Assembly: GCA_965203315.1 (NCBI GenBank)
Contig: OZ241857.1
Location: forward strand, 1,824,001-1,888,000
DNA: 64,000 bases
From: Nitrosopumilus sp.
Lineage (GTDB): Archaea > Thermoproteota > Nitrososphaeria > Nitrososphaerales > Nitrosopumilaceae
Direction: 5' to 3'
A program made the translations under genes and the position numbers. Below the pieces are notes generated by a model. It saw only the letters and a program-made list of their open reading frames with translations, searched no databases and was not told the origin of the DNA. Below, one piece after another: positions 53,751-64,000 of the stretch (positions are counted from its first letter, which is position 1; each line of letters starts with the position of its first letter).

Positions 53751-55493
53751 CTACCAATACTTTGCCTTGACCTTTTCTATAACTTGCTCATGTTCGTGAC
53801 TCTTTTTACGCGCATATCGTTCCATAGCTCCTAGCGGAACACCTCCGAGTGATCGAGCAATGGCATTGAAAAAGTATCGTTGCGGTCCCTTGGAACCAGT
53901 CTTTGTCATAAATTTTTGAATGCCGTACTTAAAGTTGTGCTGCCATGTCTTGTATAGTACTCCAAGTTGTGCTGGTGTCATCTCATTACCAATGTTGAAA
54001 AAGTCAGACTTTTCAAGCAAACCAATAGGAACAAATGTGAGTGCAGTAGCTGTAAACATTGATCCTGGTTGTTCTTGCTCTAATTCATTGATGAGGCGTA
54101 TCGTCTCCCATGAATCTTCGGGTGTTTCATCATTGTCTAATCCCATAATAAGCGTGAATGCAGGAATCCAATAGTTCTCGTTAAGTGTCTTTACTCCTTC
54201 CTTTACTACCCAGTGCCATTCTTCTGGTGCATATGGCGCAAGTTTGCGATCTGCATACTTGTCGATCAATCGAAGGCTACCTGTCTCAAATCCTGCCTGT
54301 ACGCCAATCATGTTATCGGGACCTGCACGAATGATTCTAGATAGATTTGGAATGAGTCTCTCGTCTGCAATAGCTCCTGCTAGTGTTCCGTGTGTTGGAT
54401 TGGTATGCTCGATTCCAGTAGACATGATCGCAGTGAATAGCTCCTCTAGCGCTTCACGATTAGGCTCCATTCCTTTTGCGGTTCTAGGATCCATTCCATA
54501 GACAAAGATATCATCGCTATGAACCCAAGCAGACTTTGAACCGCCTTTCTTTAGATTGATCTCGATCTCTTTTTTGACTTTTTCAGGCGGATAGTATCGT
54601 AGTGAACGTAGCGTTACGTCACAAAACTTACAGCCACGTCCACATCCGCGCATCACTTCTATCATTCCATGCATGCTGGGCTCTACGATGTTTGGAATCT
54701 CTTCTAACTCTGGTCTATCCCAAAAGTTGACAAATCTTCCATGCATCTTGCGCCCATTTCTCTCGAACTCTTTTATGTTTACTTTAAAGTCACTTCGCTT
54801 TCTAAACGGATCCATGTTCTCAAAGTCGCCATTGATCAAATAGTTGAAGAAACGACCTGCATGGCCGTCAATCTCTGGCGCAATACCGCCTAACTCGCCT
54901 TCTAATATTGCATATATTCCAAACTCTTCGATCTTTTCTGGATCATAGTTGTACTGCCATGTACCCGAAGCACCAGATATGACTTTTGCATGACTTCCAT
55001 TCTTCTTCTTTGCCGCCTTTATTCTGTGATGCAGCTCTGTGTTGTAATATTCGTCATATGATATCTGTTTTCGTCCATAAGTAAACGTCATGGTTACAGG
55101 ACCCATGCCTAGTGGATCCATCTCATATGTGCCAACAACCTCTGTCTCTGGACCTATAAACTTCTCTATGTGATCTGGATGCGCTACAACAACCTCTTGT
55201 CTACCGAACCCGTCTCGTAATAGGCCTGCTTCGAGTTTACGTAGTCCATATGGAGCATAGTTTGCAATGCCATTGGTGTGTGGAATATAATTGCATATAA
55301 AGTCAAAGAGAATCTTGGGCGTAACCTGTTTACCTAAAATCTTGTACCATACGCTACTCTTATCTCGATTTGGATCGATGGCAGGTGCGCAACCAAAGAA
55401 TGTAGCAAGTGACAATCCCCGATATGGTGACATTAACGTTCTATCGGCAGTTAACACTATCTTTGGAGTACCCATGTTCTTCAACGAGATCAT
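53751..55493 (-). CDS. Radical SAM protein (archaeal B12-binding-like family)
   Basis: APYGLRKLEA, DPLGMGP, RGCGRGCKFC (CxxxCxxC). Confidence 0.88.
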   Translation of the reverse strand: MISLKNMGTPKIVLTADRTLMSPYRGLSLATFFGCAPAIDPNRDKSSVWYKILGKQVTPKILFDFICNYIPHTNGIANYAPYGLRKLEAGLLRDGFGRQEVVVAHPDHIEKFIGPETEVVGTYEMDPLGMGPVTMTFTYGRKQISYDEYYNTELHHRIKAAKKKNGSHAKVISGASGTWQYNYDPEKIEEFGIYAILEGELGGIAPEIDGHAGRFFNYLINGDFENMDPFRKRSDFKVNIKEFERNGRKMHGRFVNFWDRPELEEIPNIVEPSMHGMIEVMRGCGRGCKFCDVTLRSLRYYPPEKVKKEIEINLKKGGSKSAWVHSDDIFVYGMDPRTAKGMEPNREALEELFTAIMSTGIEHTNPTHGTLAGAIADERLIPNLSRIIRAGPDNMIGVQAGFETGSLRLIDKYADRKLAPYAPEEWHWVVKEGVKTLNENYWIPAFTLIMGLDNDETPEDSWETIRLINELEQEQPGSMFTATALTFVPIGLLEKSDFFNIGNEMTPAQLGVLYKTWQHNFKYGIQKFMTKTGSKGPQRYFFNAIARSLGGVPLGAMERYARKKSHEHEQVIEKVKAKYW

Positions 55494-55698
55494 TGTGTGA
55501 TTTATTTTAAACCTTGCTAGTAATGTAATATGCTAGATTACTGCACATCTAGTCGGGGTTTGGAGTGCTTGGTTTGTATATCGTGTAGGTTCTGCTAATT
55601 TGGTGTGGGCTGAGATCTAGATGACGATGTTTTGAGGACTGATTGTGTGACTAACACTAGTTTACAATAGTCGATACACGACAGTCTCTATATTTTAT

Positions 55699-56927
55699 CA
55701 GTCATCCCAAATGTGCTGCCTCGTAGACTCATTTCGTGGGTGGTGGCCAACGAGCCATTATCTCTCGAAAACGCAGCTGTAAAAATGTCTTAAAGTACAC
55801 CTTGGTGACTTTCTTGCCCATCTCTGAGAATCCTTTTGTTTCAGATGGCATGTGTCGTGCTAGGATCCATGCGTTGTAAAATAACATACTAAACAAAAAC
55901 AGCATAAATCTTACAGATTCACTCTTACTCTGCATCTTTAATCTCATCTGTTCTAGATCACGATATCCAGACTCTATGATCCATCGACTTGCATATATCG
56001 ATATGTCGATGTCGGGATCATTTGTTGCATATGCCATCAACTTTCCTTTTCTGTTCTTGGTTATTATCATGGTAAAAGGTACGGTCAATCCTTTTCCGTT
56101 GGTGATTTTCGCTTGCGATATTCTGCTACGTAATCCTTGCTGATACTCTCGTATGCAGTTCTTAACATATGCCGTGTTTTTACATGGGGTAAGAAACTTG
56201 TACGTGGTATTTTGAAATTTAGCAAATATCTCTGCAACATAAAATTCACGATCAAACAAGAATACACCGATCTTGAACTTGTATGACACACAAATATCGA
56301 TGATTTTATCTATAGAAACTATGTTATTATCAGCTGCAGACATGAGAATACCTGCAAGATTTAGTTTTGCTATTGGATGAGCAACTTGAGCAGTCATGTA
56401 GGTTACCTTGTCTGTTCCCTTGTCTGGTTTGCAGCGTTTCAGTTTTTTATTTTGTTTGTCGTATCGCATGATTTTGTGTTTGTCTATTGCAATGTTGACT
56501 ACATCTGGCCAAATATCTGCATCCTGTAAAGCTTTGATCTGCTGTTTGACAATCGTTTTGAATTGCCTTTGGAAATTAAGTTTAGAAATTTTTACAAATA
56601 ATACTCTAAACCATTCACTCGTTGGCGATAGTTCGAATATCTGTCTTACAGATATTGCACAGCTTGTAATCGTTGCACTATTTATCATGGTCGCTATCAT
56701 CACGTAAAAGACATTGTACTCGTCGTACAATCTATTGTATCGATTTGATACTGGTATCTCAAGAGAGAATAGCCACATGATGATGGCATTATGTGTTGTT
56801 CTTTTTGAGCGCACGTCACGTTGCATCAGGGTTTTTTGAACCATAAAGAGTATCCAAAAACTTGCCCGATCTAAATGTTTAGATCGACCCTCATCTCAGC
56901 CCAATCGGAGCACATTTGGGATGTCTG
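55699..56927 (-). mobile_element. ISH3/IS4-like insertion sequence, 1229 bp
   Basis: TIR CAG(T/A)CATCCCAAATGTGCT 18/19; 5-bp TSD TTTAT (55694-55698, 56928-56932). Confidence 0.9.
55729..56844 (-). CDS. ISH3-like DDE transposase
   Basis: IAID, FDREFY, YASRWIIESGYR. Confidence 0.88.
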   Translation of the reverse strand: MVQKTLMQRDVRSKRTTHNAIIMWLFSLEIPVSNRYNRLYDEYNVFYVMIATMINSATITSCAISVRQIFELSPTSEWFRVLFVKISKLNFQRQFKTIVKQQIKALQDADIWPDVVNIAIDKHKIMRYDKQNKKLKRCKPDKGTDKVTYMTAQVAHPIAKLNLAGILMSAADNNIVSIDKIIDICVSYKFKIGVFLFDREFYVAEIFAKFQNTTYKFLTPCKNTAYVKNCIREYQQGLRSRISQAKITNGKGLTVPFTMIITKNRKGKLMAYATNDPDIDISIYASRWIIESGYRDLEQMRLKMQSKSESVRFMLFLFSMLFYNAWILARHMPSETKGFSEMGKKVTKVYFKTFLQLRFREIMARWPPPTK

Positions 56928-57231
56928 TTTATAAACTGAGAATTTTGTACAAAAATTGTCAACATCTGCTGTGTTGACCGAACTTGAGCATTTGTAATGG
57001 TTTAGTTATTTACAAGCAACAATCCAAAGATCGTTATGATCAATTGTGGTATATCCAAAGATGTGTCTGACGCTAATAAATGAAAGCAGATCTATTATGT
57101 GATCCGTCTAGACGTACTTTGGGTTCTGGGCATGATATTCAACCATGCCGTGTTGTGACAACTTGATATCGTACAAGACATGGCATATTGCATTATCCTT
57201 ATATATATGGTAAATACTTTATTTTACAGTA

Positions 57232-58368
57232 ATGGGTGAAAGAGAAAGACTGGATTTAATCAAAAAGATACAAGAGACGCGAAATTCTTATGTTATTACT
57301 TATGTCTTGAGTGATCGGGACGGTTATCAAACATCTATTGCGTCAGATGCAGTACGAATTTTTTATGAACATTTAGAAGATTATCATAAAAAAATACCTA
57401 GACTTGATCTGTTCATGTATAGTGTGGGTGGTGACACAAGTACACCATGGAGGATTGTTTCTCTGTTTAGAGAATTTGCTGAAGAGATTAACATTTTGAT
57501 TCCATATAAAGCATTAAGCGCAGCTACCCTTGTGGCGATCGGAATGGATAACATAATCATGGGTAAAAAAGGAGAGCTGGGTCCTATTGATCCCACTGTA
57601 AACAGTAATTTCAATCCCATAGATCCTATTGTACAAAATCGTTCATTGCCGATTAATGTGGAAGATATTTCAAGCTATATTGATTTGATGAAGAAATTCG
57701 GCATAACTGGACAGAAACAAATTGGACAAAGTTTTGCAAAACTTGCAGATGCTGTCAATCCAATAGCTTTGGGATATATCAATAGACATTACTCATTCAT
57801 TAGAATGACTGCTACAAAACTTTTAAAATCTCAAAAGAAGCCACTTAACGATCAAAAAATTAGTCACATTGTAAAACAGTTGATCGAAGAAATCTATTTT
57901 CACGGTCATGGTATAGCTAGAATGGAAGCAAAAGATATCGGACTGAAAATAATTCGTCCTGATCAAAAATTAGAAGAATTGATGTGGAAATTATATTTAG
58001 AGTATGAGAATGATCTCCAACTTACACAACCTTTAAACCCAAAAGACATTCTAGAAGAGAGAAAAGCAGATCGTTTTGTAATGGATGGAGTACCTGGAGC
58101 GTATATAGAATCTGAAAAACACTCTCATGTTTATAGGGGGAATATAGAATTCATTACAAAAAGGGCAATACCACAAACGATGAACATAAATTTCCCATTA
58201 CCTTCAAACAATGATAAATTAGATTTTGATCAACTACTAAAATTACGTGAATATGTACAAAAGATAGTTTATGAAGAGATCGTCAAGCAATCCTATGTAC
58301 TAGCATATGATGTAGACTTTAGCAAGATGAATTGGTATCTTAATCATGATTGGATCAAGCTAGTATAA
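57232..58368 (+). CDS. ClpP-class (SDH/SppA-like) serine protease
   Basis: YSVGGD, PYKALSAATL (catalytic Ser), LGPIDP, HGHGI. Confidence 0.82.
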   Translation: MGERERLDLIKKIQETRNSYVITYVLSDRDGYQTSIASDAVRIFYEHLEDYHKKIPRLDLFMYSVGGDTSTPWRIVSLFREFAEEINILIPYKALSAATLVAIGMDNIIMGKKGELGPIDPTVNSNFNPIDPIVQNRSLPINVEDISSYIDLMKKFGITGQKQIGQSFAKLADAVNPIALGYINRHYSFIRMTATKLLKSQKKPLNDQKISHIVKQLIEEIYFHGHGIARMEAKDIGLKIIRPDQKLEELMWKLYLEYENDLQLTQPLNPKDILEERKADRFVMDGVPGAYIESEKHSHVYRGNIEFITKRAIPQTMNINFPLPSNNDKLDFDQLLKLREYVQKIVYEEIVKQSYVLAYDVDFSKMNWYLNHDWIKLV

Positions 58369-58728
58369 ATTTCCCTTCTGGCCACGTACCTTCTCTCTTT
58401 ATGTTTGTTCTGGTGATTAGTGGGCGCTGCCTAGTATTTTCATATGTATAAGTAAAACTATCTGCGGGAACAAATCTGATGTTTATTGTTACTTTATTCA
58501 CCATGTTAATACTTGAACCTTGTATAATATAAGTAATGTGTTGTGAGTTCGGTAGTGTGGGATCCGGAAAACTATCTAGTACTCTATCATCGTTCATAGA
58601 TCTCTTGTCTTGTATGTGACACATCTGTGAACTAGCAGTCATATCCTTATCTGATCTCATTATCTGATACTATTCGACATGATCGTCTAGACCCTAATCT
58701 ATAAATTCATAAGAGTTGTAGTCTATTC

Positions 58729-58911
58729 ATGGCAACACACGGCTCGCTTACTAAAGCAGGAAAGGTTAGAGGTCAGACCCCCAAGGTTGAGGGTAGAAAG
58801 ATAGTTGGAACAAACTCTAGTCTGCGTAACAAACGCAACTTTGTGAAGCGGTTTGTTTTAGGTCGAGTACCAGGTCAGAACAAGCCCGGTCAAAAACGAA
58901 GAAAGCGTTAG
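58729..58911 (+). CDS. rps30e: 30S ribosomal protein S30e
   Basis: HGSLTKAGKVRGQTPKV. Confidence 0.96.
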   Translation: MATHGSLTKAGKVRGQTPKVEGRKIVGTNSSLRNKRNFVKRFVLGRVPGQNKPGQKRRKR

Positions 58912-58922
58912 AGCATTCAAAC

Positions 58923-59606
58923 CTACAAACCAAACTCTGATTTCAAGTTGGTGTAAAATTTCACCATATTGTCGTTCACTTTGGGTAGTAGTGTATCGAT
59001 ATCTGAGCGAATCTTATCTGGATTAATGTCTGGAGTATTTTGGATCTTTTCGTATGTGTTATCTAGCCAGAGATTCACCATGTTGCGATCTATCTCCATA
59101 TGAAATTGGAGTCCTATTACACTCTTGTATCGAAAGGCTTGATTCTTGTAATGTGTGGATGATGCAAGTCTTGTTGCACCGTCTGGTAAGTCAAATGTAT
59201 CTCCGTGCCAATGAAATACCGTGAACCGTCGTTCAAATCCTGCAAATATCTCTGAATCACACTCGATGTATAGATCATCATAGAATCCGATCTCTCTTCT
59301 TGATCCCTTGTATACGCGACTACCGAGTGCTCTTGCAGCCAGCTGTGATCCCAGGCAAATTCCTAGCAGTGGTGTTCCGTCATGTATGCAGCGTTTCACC
59401 AACTCTTCTTCGGCTCGTAGATGTGGCAGATCATCATTTGCACTATTTGGAGCGCCGAGTATTATGATCAGTGAGAACTGTTTATCAGGGATACTGGTAT
59501 ACTTTGCATTGATCGATGTTATGTTGAAACCATCTTGTTTCAATAGATGACCTAGATATCCAGACCCCTCTATCTTTGTATTTTGTATTAAAAGAACACT
59601 AGACAT
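58923..59606 (-). CDS. Type 1 glutamine amidotransferase
   Basis: LGICLGSQ, WHGDTF, LQFHME. Confidence 0.92.
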   Translation of the reverse strand: MSSVLLIQNTKIEGSGYLGHLLKQDGFNITSINAKYTSIPDKQFSLIIILGAPNSANDDLPHLRAEEELVKRCIHDGTPLLGICLGSQLAARALGSRVYKGSRREIGFYDDLYIECDSEIFAGFERRFTVFHWHGDTFDLPDGATRLASSTHYKNQAFRYKSVIGLQFHMEIDRNMVNLWLDNTYEKIQNTPDINPDKIRSDIDTLLPKVNDNMVKFYTNLKSEFGL

Positions 59607-59614
59607 TAATCCAA

Positions 59615-60889
59615 CTAGGGCCAGACGCCTTTCTGTTCAAAAGCTTCTAAAACTCGTTGTACTGCTAGGACCATCGTAGCTTTTCTCATGTCGATCTTGT
59701 GCTCCTTTGATTTCGCATATGCGTCTTTGAATCCCTTTGTAATGTTACTTTCCATCTTTTTTGCAACTTCGTCAAACGTCCAATAATACCCCATGTTGTT
59801 TTGTACCCACTCTAAATACGATATACATACACCACCCGAGTTGGCCAAGATATCTGGAATCACCAATATCTTCTTTTTGTATATGATTGGATCTGCTTCT
59901 GGTAGTGTTGGACCATTTGCGGCCTCTGCAAGTATCTTGCATTTTAGATTCTTTGCAATATCCTCTGTTATCTGATTCTCCAAAGCAGCAGGAATCAAAA
60001 TATCGCATTTTGTTGTCAACAATTGTTCTGTAGTAATCTCTTTACTGCCTGGAAACCCTACAACAGATCCTGTCTCTTGCTTGTAATTTAGAATCTTGTC
60101 AACTTTGGCCCCTTTTGGAATGGATATTGATCCCTTGGAGTCGCTAACACCAATTACAATCACCCCCATCTTTTCAAGAGACTCTCCTGCAAAGGTTGCA
60201 GCATTGCCAAACCCCTGCAAAACTACTTTGGCACCTTTTAGATTTAATTTTAGTTTCTTTGCGGCCTCTCTTACTGTATACGCTGCACCGAGTCCGGTCG
60301 CAACGTTTCGCGCAAGTGATCCTCCCATGGATATTGGTTTGCCTGTGATTACGCCAGGCGAATATCTATTTCCATTTAGTTTACTAAATGTATCCATTAT
60401 CTGGGTCATCTCACGACCTGTAGTGTACACGTCTGGAGCAGGAATGTCTTTCTCTGGACCTATGATCTCTGATATCTTGTATGCAAATCCGCGAGTTAGT
60501 CGCTCCAATTCGCCGTCACTGAGATTCTCAGTCTTGGGATTGACGTATATTGCTCCCTTACCTCCTCCTAATGGAATATCAACTATTGCACACTTCCACG
60601 TCATCCATGAAGATAGTGCCATGACTTCGCGTTCCATGTACTCGACTCCACCTTTTGGATTAAAGTAACGAATACCTCCCTTGTACGGACCCCGATCGTT
60701 ATTATGTTGACTACGAAAACCTGTGAATATTCGTATGCTTCCATCATCCATCTTTACTGGAATCTTTACTCTCAAAACTTTGTTTGGCATCGCAAGATAG
60801 TTGCGTATCTCTTGATCCTCAATCCCTAATATGTCACATGCATCGTTTACCTGTTTAGTGGCGTTTGCAAACGGATCTGATTCTACCAA
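59615..60889 (-). CDS. gdhA: Glutamate dehydrogenase (Glu/Leu/Phe/Val family)
   Basis: GPYKGGIR, GGGKG, DIPAPD, QGFGN, EAANGP, PDILANSGGV. Confidence 0.93.
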   Translation of the reverse strand: MVESDPFANATKQVNDACDILGIEDQEIRNYLAMPNKVLRVKIPVKMDDGSIRIFTGFRSQHNNDRGPYKGGIRYFNPKGGVEYMEREVMALSSWMTWKCAIVDIPLGGGKGAIYVNPKTENLSDGELERLTRGFAYKISEIIGPEKDIPAPDVYTTGREMTQIMDTFSKLNGNRYSPGVITGKPISMGGSLARNVATGLGAAYTVREAAKKLKLNLKGAKVVLQGFGNAATFAGESLEKMGVIVIGVSDSKGSISIPKGAKVDKILNYKQETGSVVGFPGSKEITTEQLLTTKCDILIPAALENQITEDIAKNLKCKILAEAANGPTLPEADPIIYKKKILVIPDILANSGGVCISYLEWVQNNMGYYWTFDEVAKKMESNITKGFKDAYAKSKEHKIDMRKATMVLAVQRVLEAFEQKGVWP

Positions 60890-60932
60890 ACTATTATGTC
60901 TAATATATTGGACTATTTAAGTTTGGTTTTAC

Positions 60933-61028
60933 AGATCTCTTCGATTTATCTGGGATATGATTTTAACAGAAAAAGTACTGTTGGACTTTATGGGAACATT
61001 TTTAGAAAAGTCTTGGAAAAATACCATC
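60933..61028 (+). repeat. Dispersed degenerate intergenic repeat, copy 3
   Basis: Aligns with 42923-43020 (TCGATTTA-N3-GGGATA-N3-TTTTNACAGAAAAAG...TTTTAGAAAA). Confidence 0.65.
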
Positions 61029-61193
61029 TACGTTCTTCCACCAATCATATTTTGATCGCTATATGATCTGCTAACTAGATTGTCGATAATCGCACAAGAT
61101 CAAGAACATGCGATGTCAATGTACGTTGATTCTAACACGGTGTAGAGTCATACTATATACCCTTAAATTAACTTGAAACTAACTGCCTGTATT

Positions 61194-61916
61194 ATGATGG
61201 CATCGCGTGGGTACGATATGACGCCCACAATGTACTCACCTGATGGAAGGATCTATCAAGTAGAGTATGCGTTAGAGACTGTAAAGCGCGGTACTTTGGC
61301 GATTGGAATCATATCCAAAGATGGGATAATTGTTGCAGTAGAAGAACAGCCTAGATCACTCCAATCAACAGATATCACTCAAAAGATCTTTCAAGTAGAC
61401 TATCACATAGGCGTAGCAGCAGCAGGCTATATTCCAGATGCACGTGTTCAAGTTGATAACGCTAGATTATTCTCACAAGGAAATCGTATTACGTACAACG
61501 AGTCAGTTGAGGTCATAACAGTTGCCAAACACCTTGCAGATATGTCACACCAATTTACTCAATATTCTGGTGTAAGACCAAACGGAGTATCACTGATAAT
61601 TGCAGGAATTGATCAAAAAGGCGAGTCTATATACGTCACTGATCCAAGTGGTACGTTTGTCCAATACTCTGCAGTTGCTATAGGCGCGGGTTCAGACGAT
61701 GTGAATACATTTCTTGAGAAAAATTATGATCCTGAGATGAGTTTAGATGATATTGCAGCGCTAGCCATTGCATCATTGAATCTCAAAGTAGAGAAGAAAG
61801 ACGATACAGATCACATAAAGATGGCCAAAATTACCACAACCAACAAGATATTTGAACGGGTACCCGAGCCAGATCTACAAAAGTATGCAGCAAGTACTAT
61901 CAAGTTTGAGCAGTAG
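61194..61916 (+). CDS. psmA: Proteasome subunit alpha
   Basis: GYD..TMYSPDGRIYQVEYA, VRP.GVS, TDPSG, AIGAG. Confidence 0.96.
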   Translation: MMASRGYDMTPTMYSPDGRIYQVEYALETVKRGTLAIGIISKDGIIVAVEEQPRSLQSTDITQKIFQVDYHIGVAAAGYIPDARVQVDNARLFSQGNRITYNESVEVITVAKHLADMSHQFTQYSGVRPNGVSLIIAGIDQKGESIYVTDPSGTFVQYSAVAIGAGSDDVNTFLEKNYDPEMSLDDIAALAIASLNLKVEKKDDTDHIKMAKITTTNKIFERVPEPDLQKYAASTIKFEQ

Positions 61917-61939
61917 GAACTTTAACCTGTGATGTGTAG

Positions 61940-62623
61940 ATGGGTCTTGGTAGCTATTGGGCTGATGTTATCAAAGTTTTAAGCGAGATCATTCCCATAT
62001 ACGATAAAGTAAACTCGATAATCTCATTAGGCAAAGACGTTGAACACAGAAGACGTGGAATATCGGGTAGAATATCATCTGGAGATCGTATCCTCGATGC
62101 AGGTTCTGGTTTTGGAAACATGTCCAAGACTGCATTAGAGATTGCTAATGTATCAGTAACACTATATGATCCACTCGTACCGATGCTCAAGAATACCGGT
62201 TCACATTTTGATGAAATTCCTGATATGACAAACGGCGTATTTGAGCACATTCCTTTTAGAGATGATGAGTTTGATGCTGTACTCTGTGGATACTCTTTAC
62301 GAGATGCAATTAATCTACGAATAGCAATATCTGAGATTCATAGAGTGCTCAAAGATGGAGGTAGATTTGTGATAGTTGATCTGGGCAAACCAGATAACCG
62401 GATAATTCGTACGGGTGTTGCATTCTATCTACGATGTATTCTTCCTATACTCGCATTTGCAGTTGGAGGAAGATTAGGACTCAAGTTTGGAACATTATAT
62501 GGAACATTTCAGAGGTGGCCACATAACAGCAAATTGAGATCTATGTTACTTGACAAGTTTACAAAAGTAGAGTTTGAACAAGATCTCTTGGGTGGGGCAA
62601 TAATGGTCGCAGCATACAAGTAA
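61940..62623 (+). CDS. UbiE/MenG-like class I SAM methyltransferase
   Basis: YDKVN..ISLG, LDAGSGFG, PFRDDEFD, RVLKDGG. Confidence 0.88.
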   Translation: MGLGSYWADVIKVLSEIIPIYDKVNSIISLGKDVEHRRRGISGRISSGDRILDAGSGFGNMSKTALEIANVSVTLYDPLVPMLKNTGSHFDEIPDMTNGVFEHIPFRDDEFDAVLCGYSLRDAINLRIAISEIHRVLKDGGRFVIVDLGKPDNRIIRTGVAFYLRCILPILAFAVGGRLGLKFGTLYGTFQRWPHNSKLRSMLLDKFTKVEFEQDLLGGAIMVAAYK

Positions 62624-62626
62624 AAT

Positions 62627-63349
62627 TCAAAATGGACTATATTCAAATCCGTCTAGATCGCTAAAGATTCTAAGATTCTTGATCTCTGCTTCGATCTCTT
62701 GTTTGAATCTAGTAAAGTCTGTGTCGTTGGTATACAGTACAATGCGTTTTGGTTGAGATATGCAATATGCCAAGATCTCTCTGTCGTTATCTACGTATAT
62801 CTCGTATGAATTAAAAGTTTGCGTCTGGTTATGTTGAGGTCTTTTTGGAATACGCCACACACTGGCTCTAACTCTACCTCCATTTGCAGATGTGCTTGCT
62901 TCTTTACGTATGATGTGATATCTATAGACGTTTGGATTGAACTCTTTGATGTATGTTCTGAGTTGATCTACTCTGTTCAGTGAATCTTTGGATATGTTGT
63001 TATCACCATCATGTAGTTTTATGTCACCAAGTACAGTCTCTGCATATTTATCAGATATCTGCGCTAGTATCTTTTTGTAGCATGTATAATTTTGATTGCA
63101 AATCCAGTAATACAATACACCATGAAATTCGTTATGTACGATTCTACATAATTTGATCTTTTTATTATTGTATGTGGTATTGATCGCATATACATGCTCT
63201 TGATTCATCTTTTTCATGCTAAAGTTTGGTACTATCATTTTCAGATGCTTAGAACAATAGTTTAATAGTATGTTTGTATCCAGAGTCATACAAAAATCAT
63301 CATGTCTTGCATCGCGTAATAATAATGAGACGTTGTTGATCTTTTGCAT
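62627..63349 (-). CDS. Putative PIN-domain nuclease
   Basis: LDTNIL ... NEF ... DNDREILAY ... YTNDTDF acidic pattern. Confidence 0.6.
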   Translation of the reverse strand: MQKINNVSLLLRDARHDDFCMTLDTNILLNYCSKHLKMIVPNFSMKKMNQEHVYAINTTYNNKKIKLCRIVHNEFHGVLYYWICNQNYTCYKKILAQISDKYAETVLGDIKLHDGDNNISKDSLNRVDQLRTYIKEFNPNVYRYHIIRKEASTSANGGRVRASVWRIPKRPQHNQTQTFNSYEIYVDNDREILAYCISQPKRIVLYTNDTDFTRFKQEIEAEIKNLRIFSDLDGFEYSPF

Positions 63350-63532
63350 AATAAAATAGTATTGTCGTATTTTTTAAATTTTGGTTAGTTTACTAATCCT
63401 ATTCGATCTTTGTAAATACTTTGGATATGGAATCAAGACTAGATTGATTGCAAAGTTACACTCGTGATGGTACGGGTGTTAGTTTGACTGCTTCTAGCAG
63501 GGTTAATTTCATGCCGTATATCACAATATGAT

Positions 63533-64000
63533 ATGAATCGTACACTATTGTTAGTATATCTGACTGGGCTAATAATTGGCATATCGTATGGAATGCATGC
63601 TCCCATCTTGCCTGTATTTGCAAAGAATGCCTTGAATGCCAATTATTCCGAGTTGGGATTCATCGGATTAACAAATTTTGTTCCCTATATGTTTATTCCA
63701 TTCTTTGTTGGGATACTATTAGATCGATTCAACAATGGTTATCTACTATCTGTGGGGGTTGCAATAAACACCATCTCAATCTATCTATTATCGATTGTCC
63801 AATCTGTCCCAGAGGTGATGGGGGCTAGAGTCTTGACCGGGGTGGCACACGCATTCTTTTGGCCACCATGTGAGTCAATAATAACTGCTGTGAGTAATAA
63901 TGAGAACCGTGTCCAAAATATCTCGTTATTTACAATGTTCTTTGTGATAGGGTTTATGGTAGGTCCACTAATCGGAAATATCTTTCTAGATGGATTTGAC
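63533..64000 (+). CDS. MFS transporter (3' truncated by window edge)
   Basis: Manual translation MNRTLLLVYLTGLIIGISYGMHAPILPVFAK...GILLDRFNNG...ARVLTGVAHAFFWPP. Confidence 0.85.
   Translation, partial: MNRTLLLVYLTGLIIGISYGMHAPILPVFAKNALNANYSELGFIGLTNFVPYMFIPFFVGILLDRFNNGYLLSVGVAINTISIYLLSIVQSVPEVMGARVLTGVAHAFFWPPCESIITAVSNNENRVQNISLFTMFFVIGFMVGPLIGNIFLDGFD

Noticed and set aside
56943-57049. Similarity to 43098-43205 (TTTTGTACAAAAA and TTATGATCAA at similar spacing)
   Set aside because: Intervening sequence does not align and both words are AT-rich near-palindromes common in this genome; unresolved without statistics
1-64000. CRISPR array or rRNA genes
   Set aside because: No regularly spaced repeat-spacer array, cas gene or rRNA-like segment seen

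Overview
Archaeal genomic DNA. Gene content (gatDE, Nitrosopumilus-type S-layer protein, cupredoxin, Alba, fibrillarin/Nop5, S30e, proteasome alpha, plus dnaKJ-grpE and uvrABC) points to Thaumarchaeota/Nitrosopumilaceae; the high IS load suggests a host-associated lineage (inference). Core genes are interrupted by accessory DNA. (i) A defence locus around tRNA-Leu(CAG) holds a four-gene restriction-like operon (DUF499 ATPase, small protein, DUF1156 adenine methyltransferase, SNF2 helicase-DUF3883 nuclease) and a GmrSD-type gene. The methyltransferase is split by an IS5-family element; the ATPase carries an in-frame TAG and a G9-tract frameshift; the helicase-nuclease is intact. (ii) Four complete IS elements with TIRs and TSDs (IS5/ISL2-like, two ISH3-like, IS66) and a 137-bp MITE. 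(iii) A PIN toxin-antitoxin pair with a frameshifted toxin, a solo PIN gene and a ClpP/SDH-type protease. (iv) Unexplained degenerate repeats shared between distant intergenic regions (32.8, 34.0, 42.7-43.0, 60.9-61.0 kb). All family assignments are from motif recognition by eye, not database searches.
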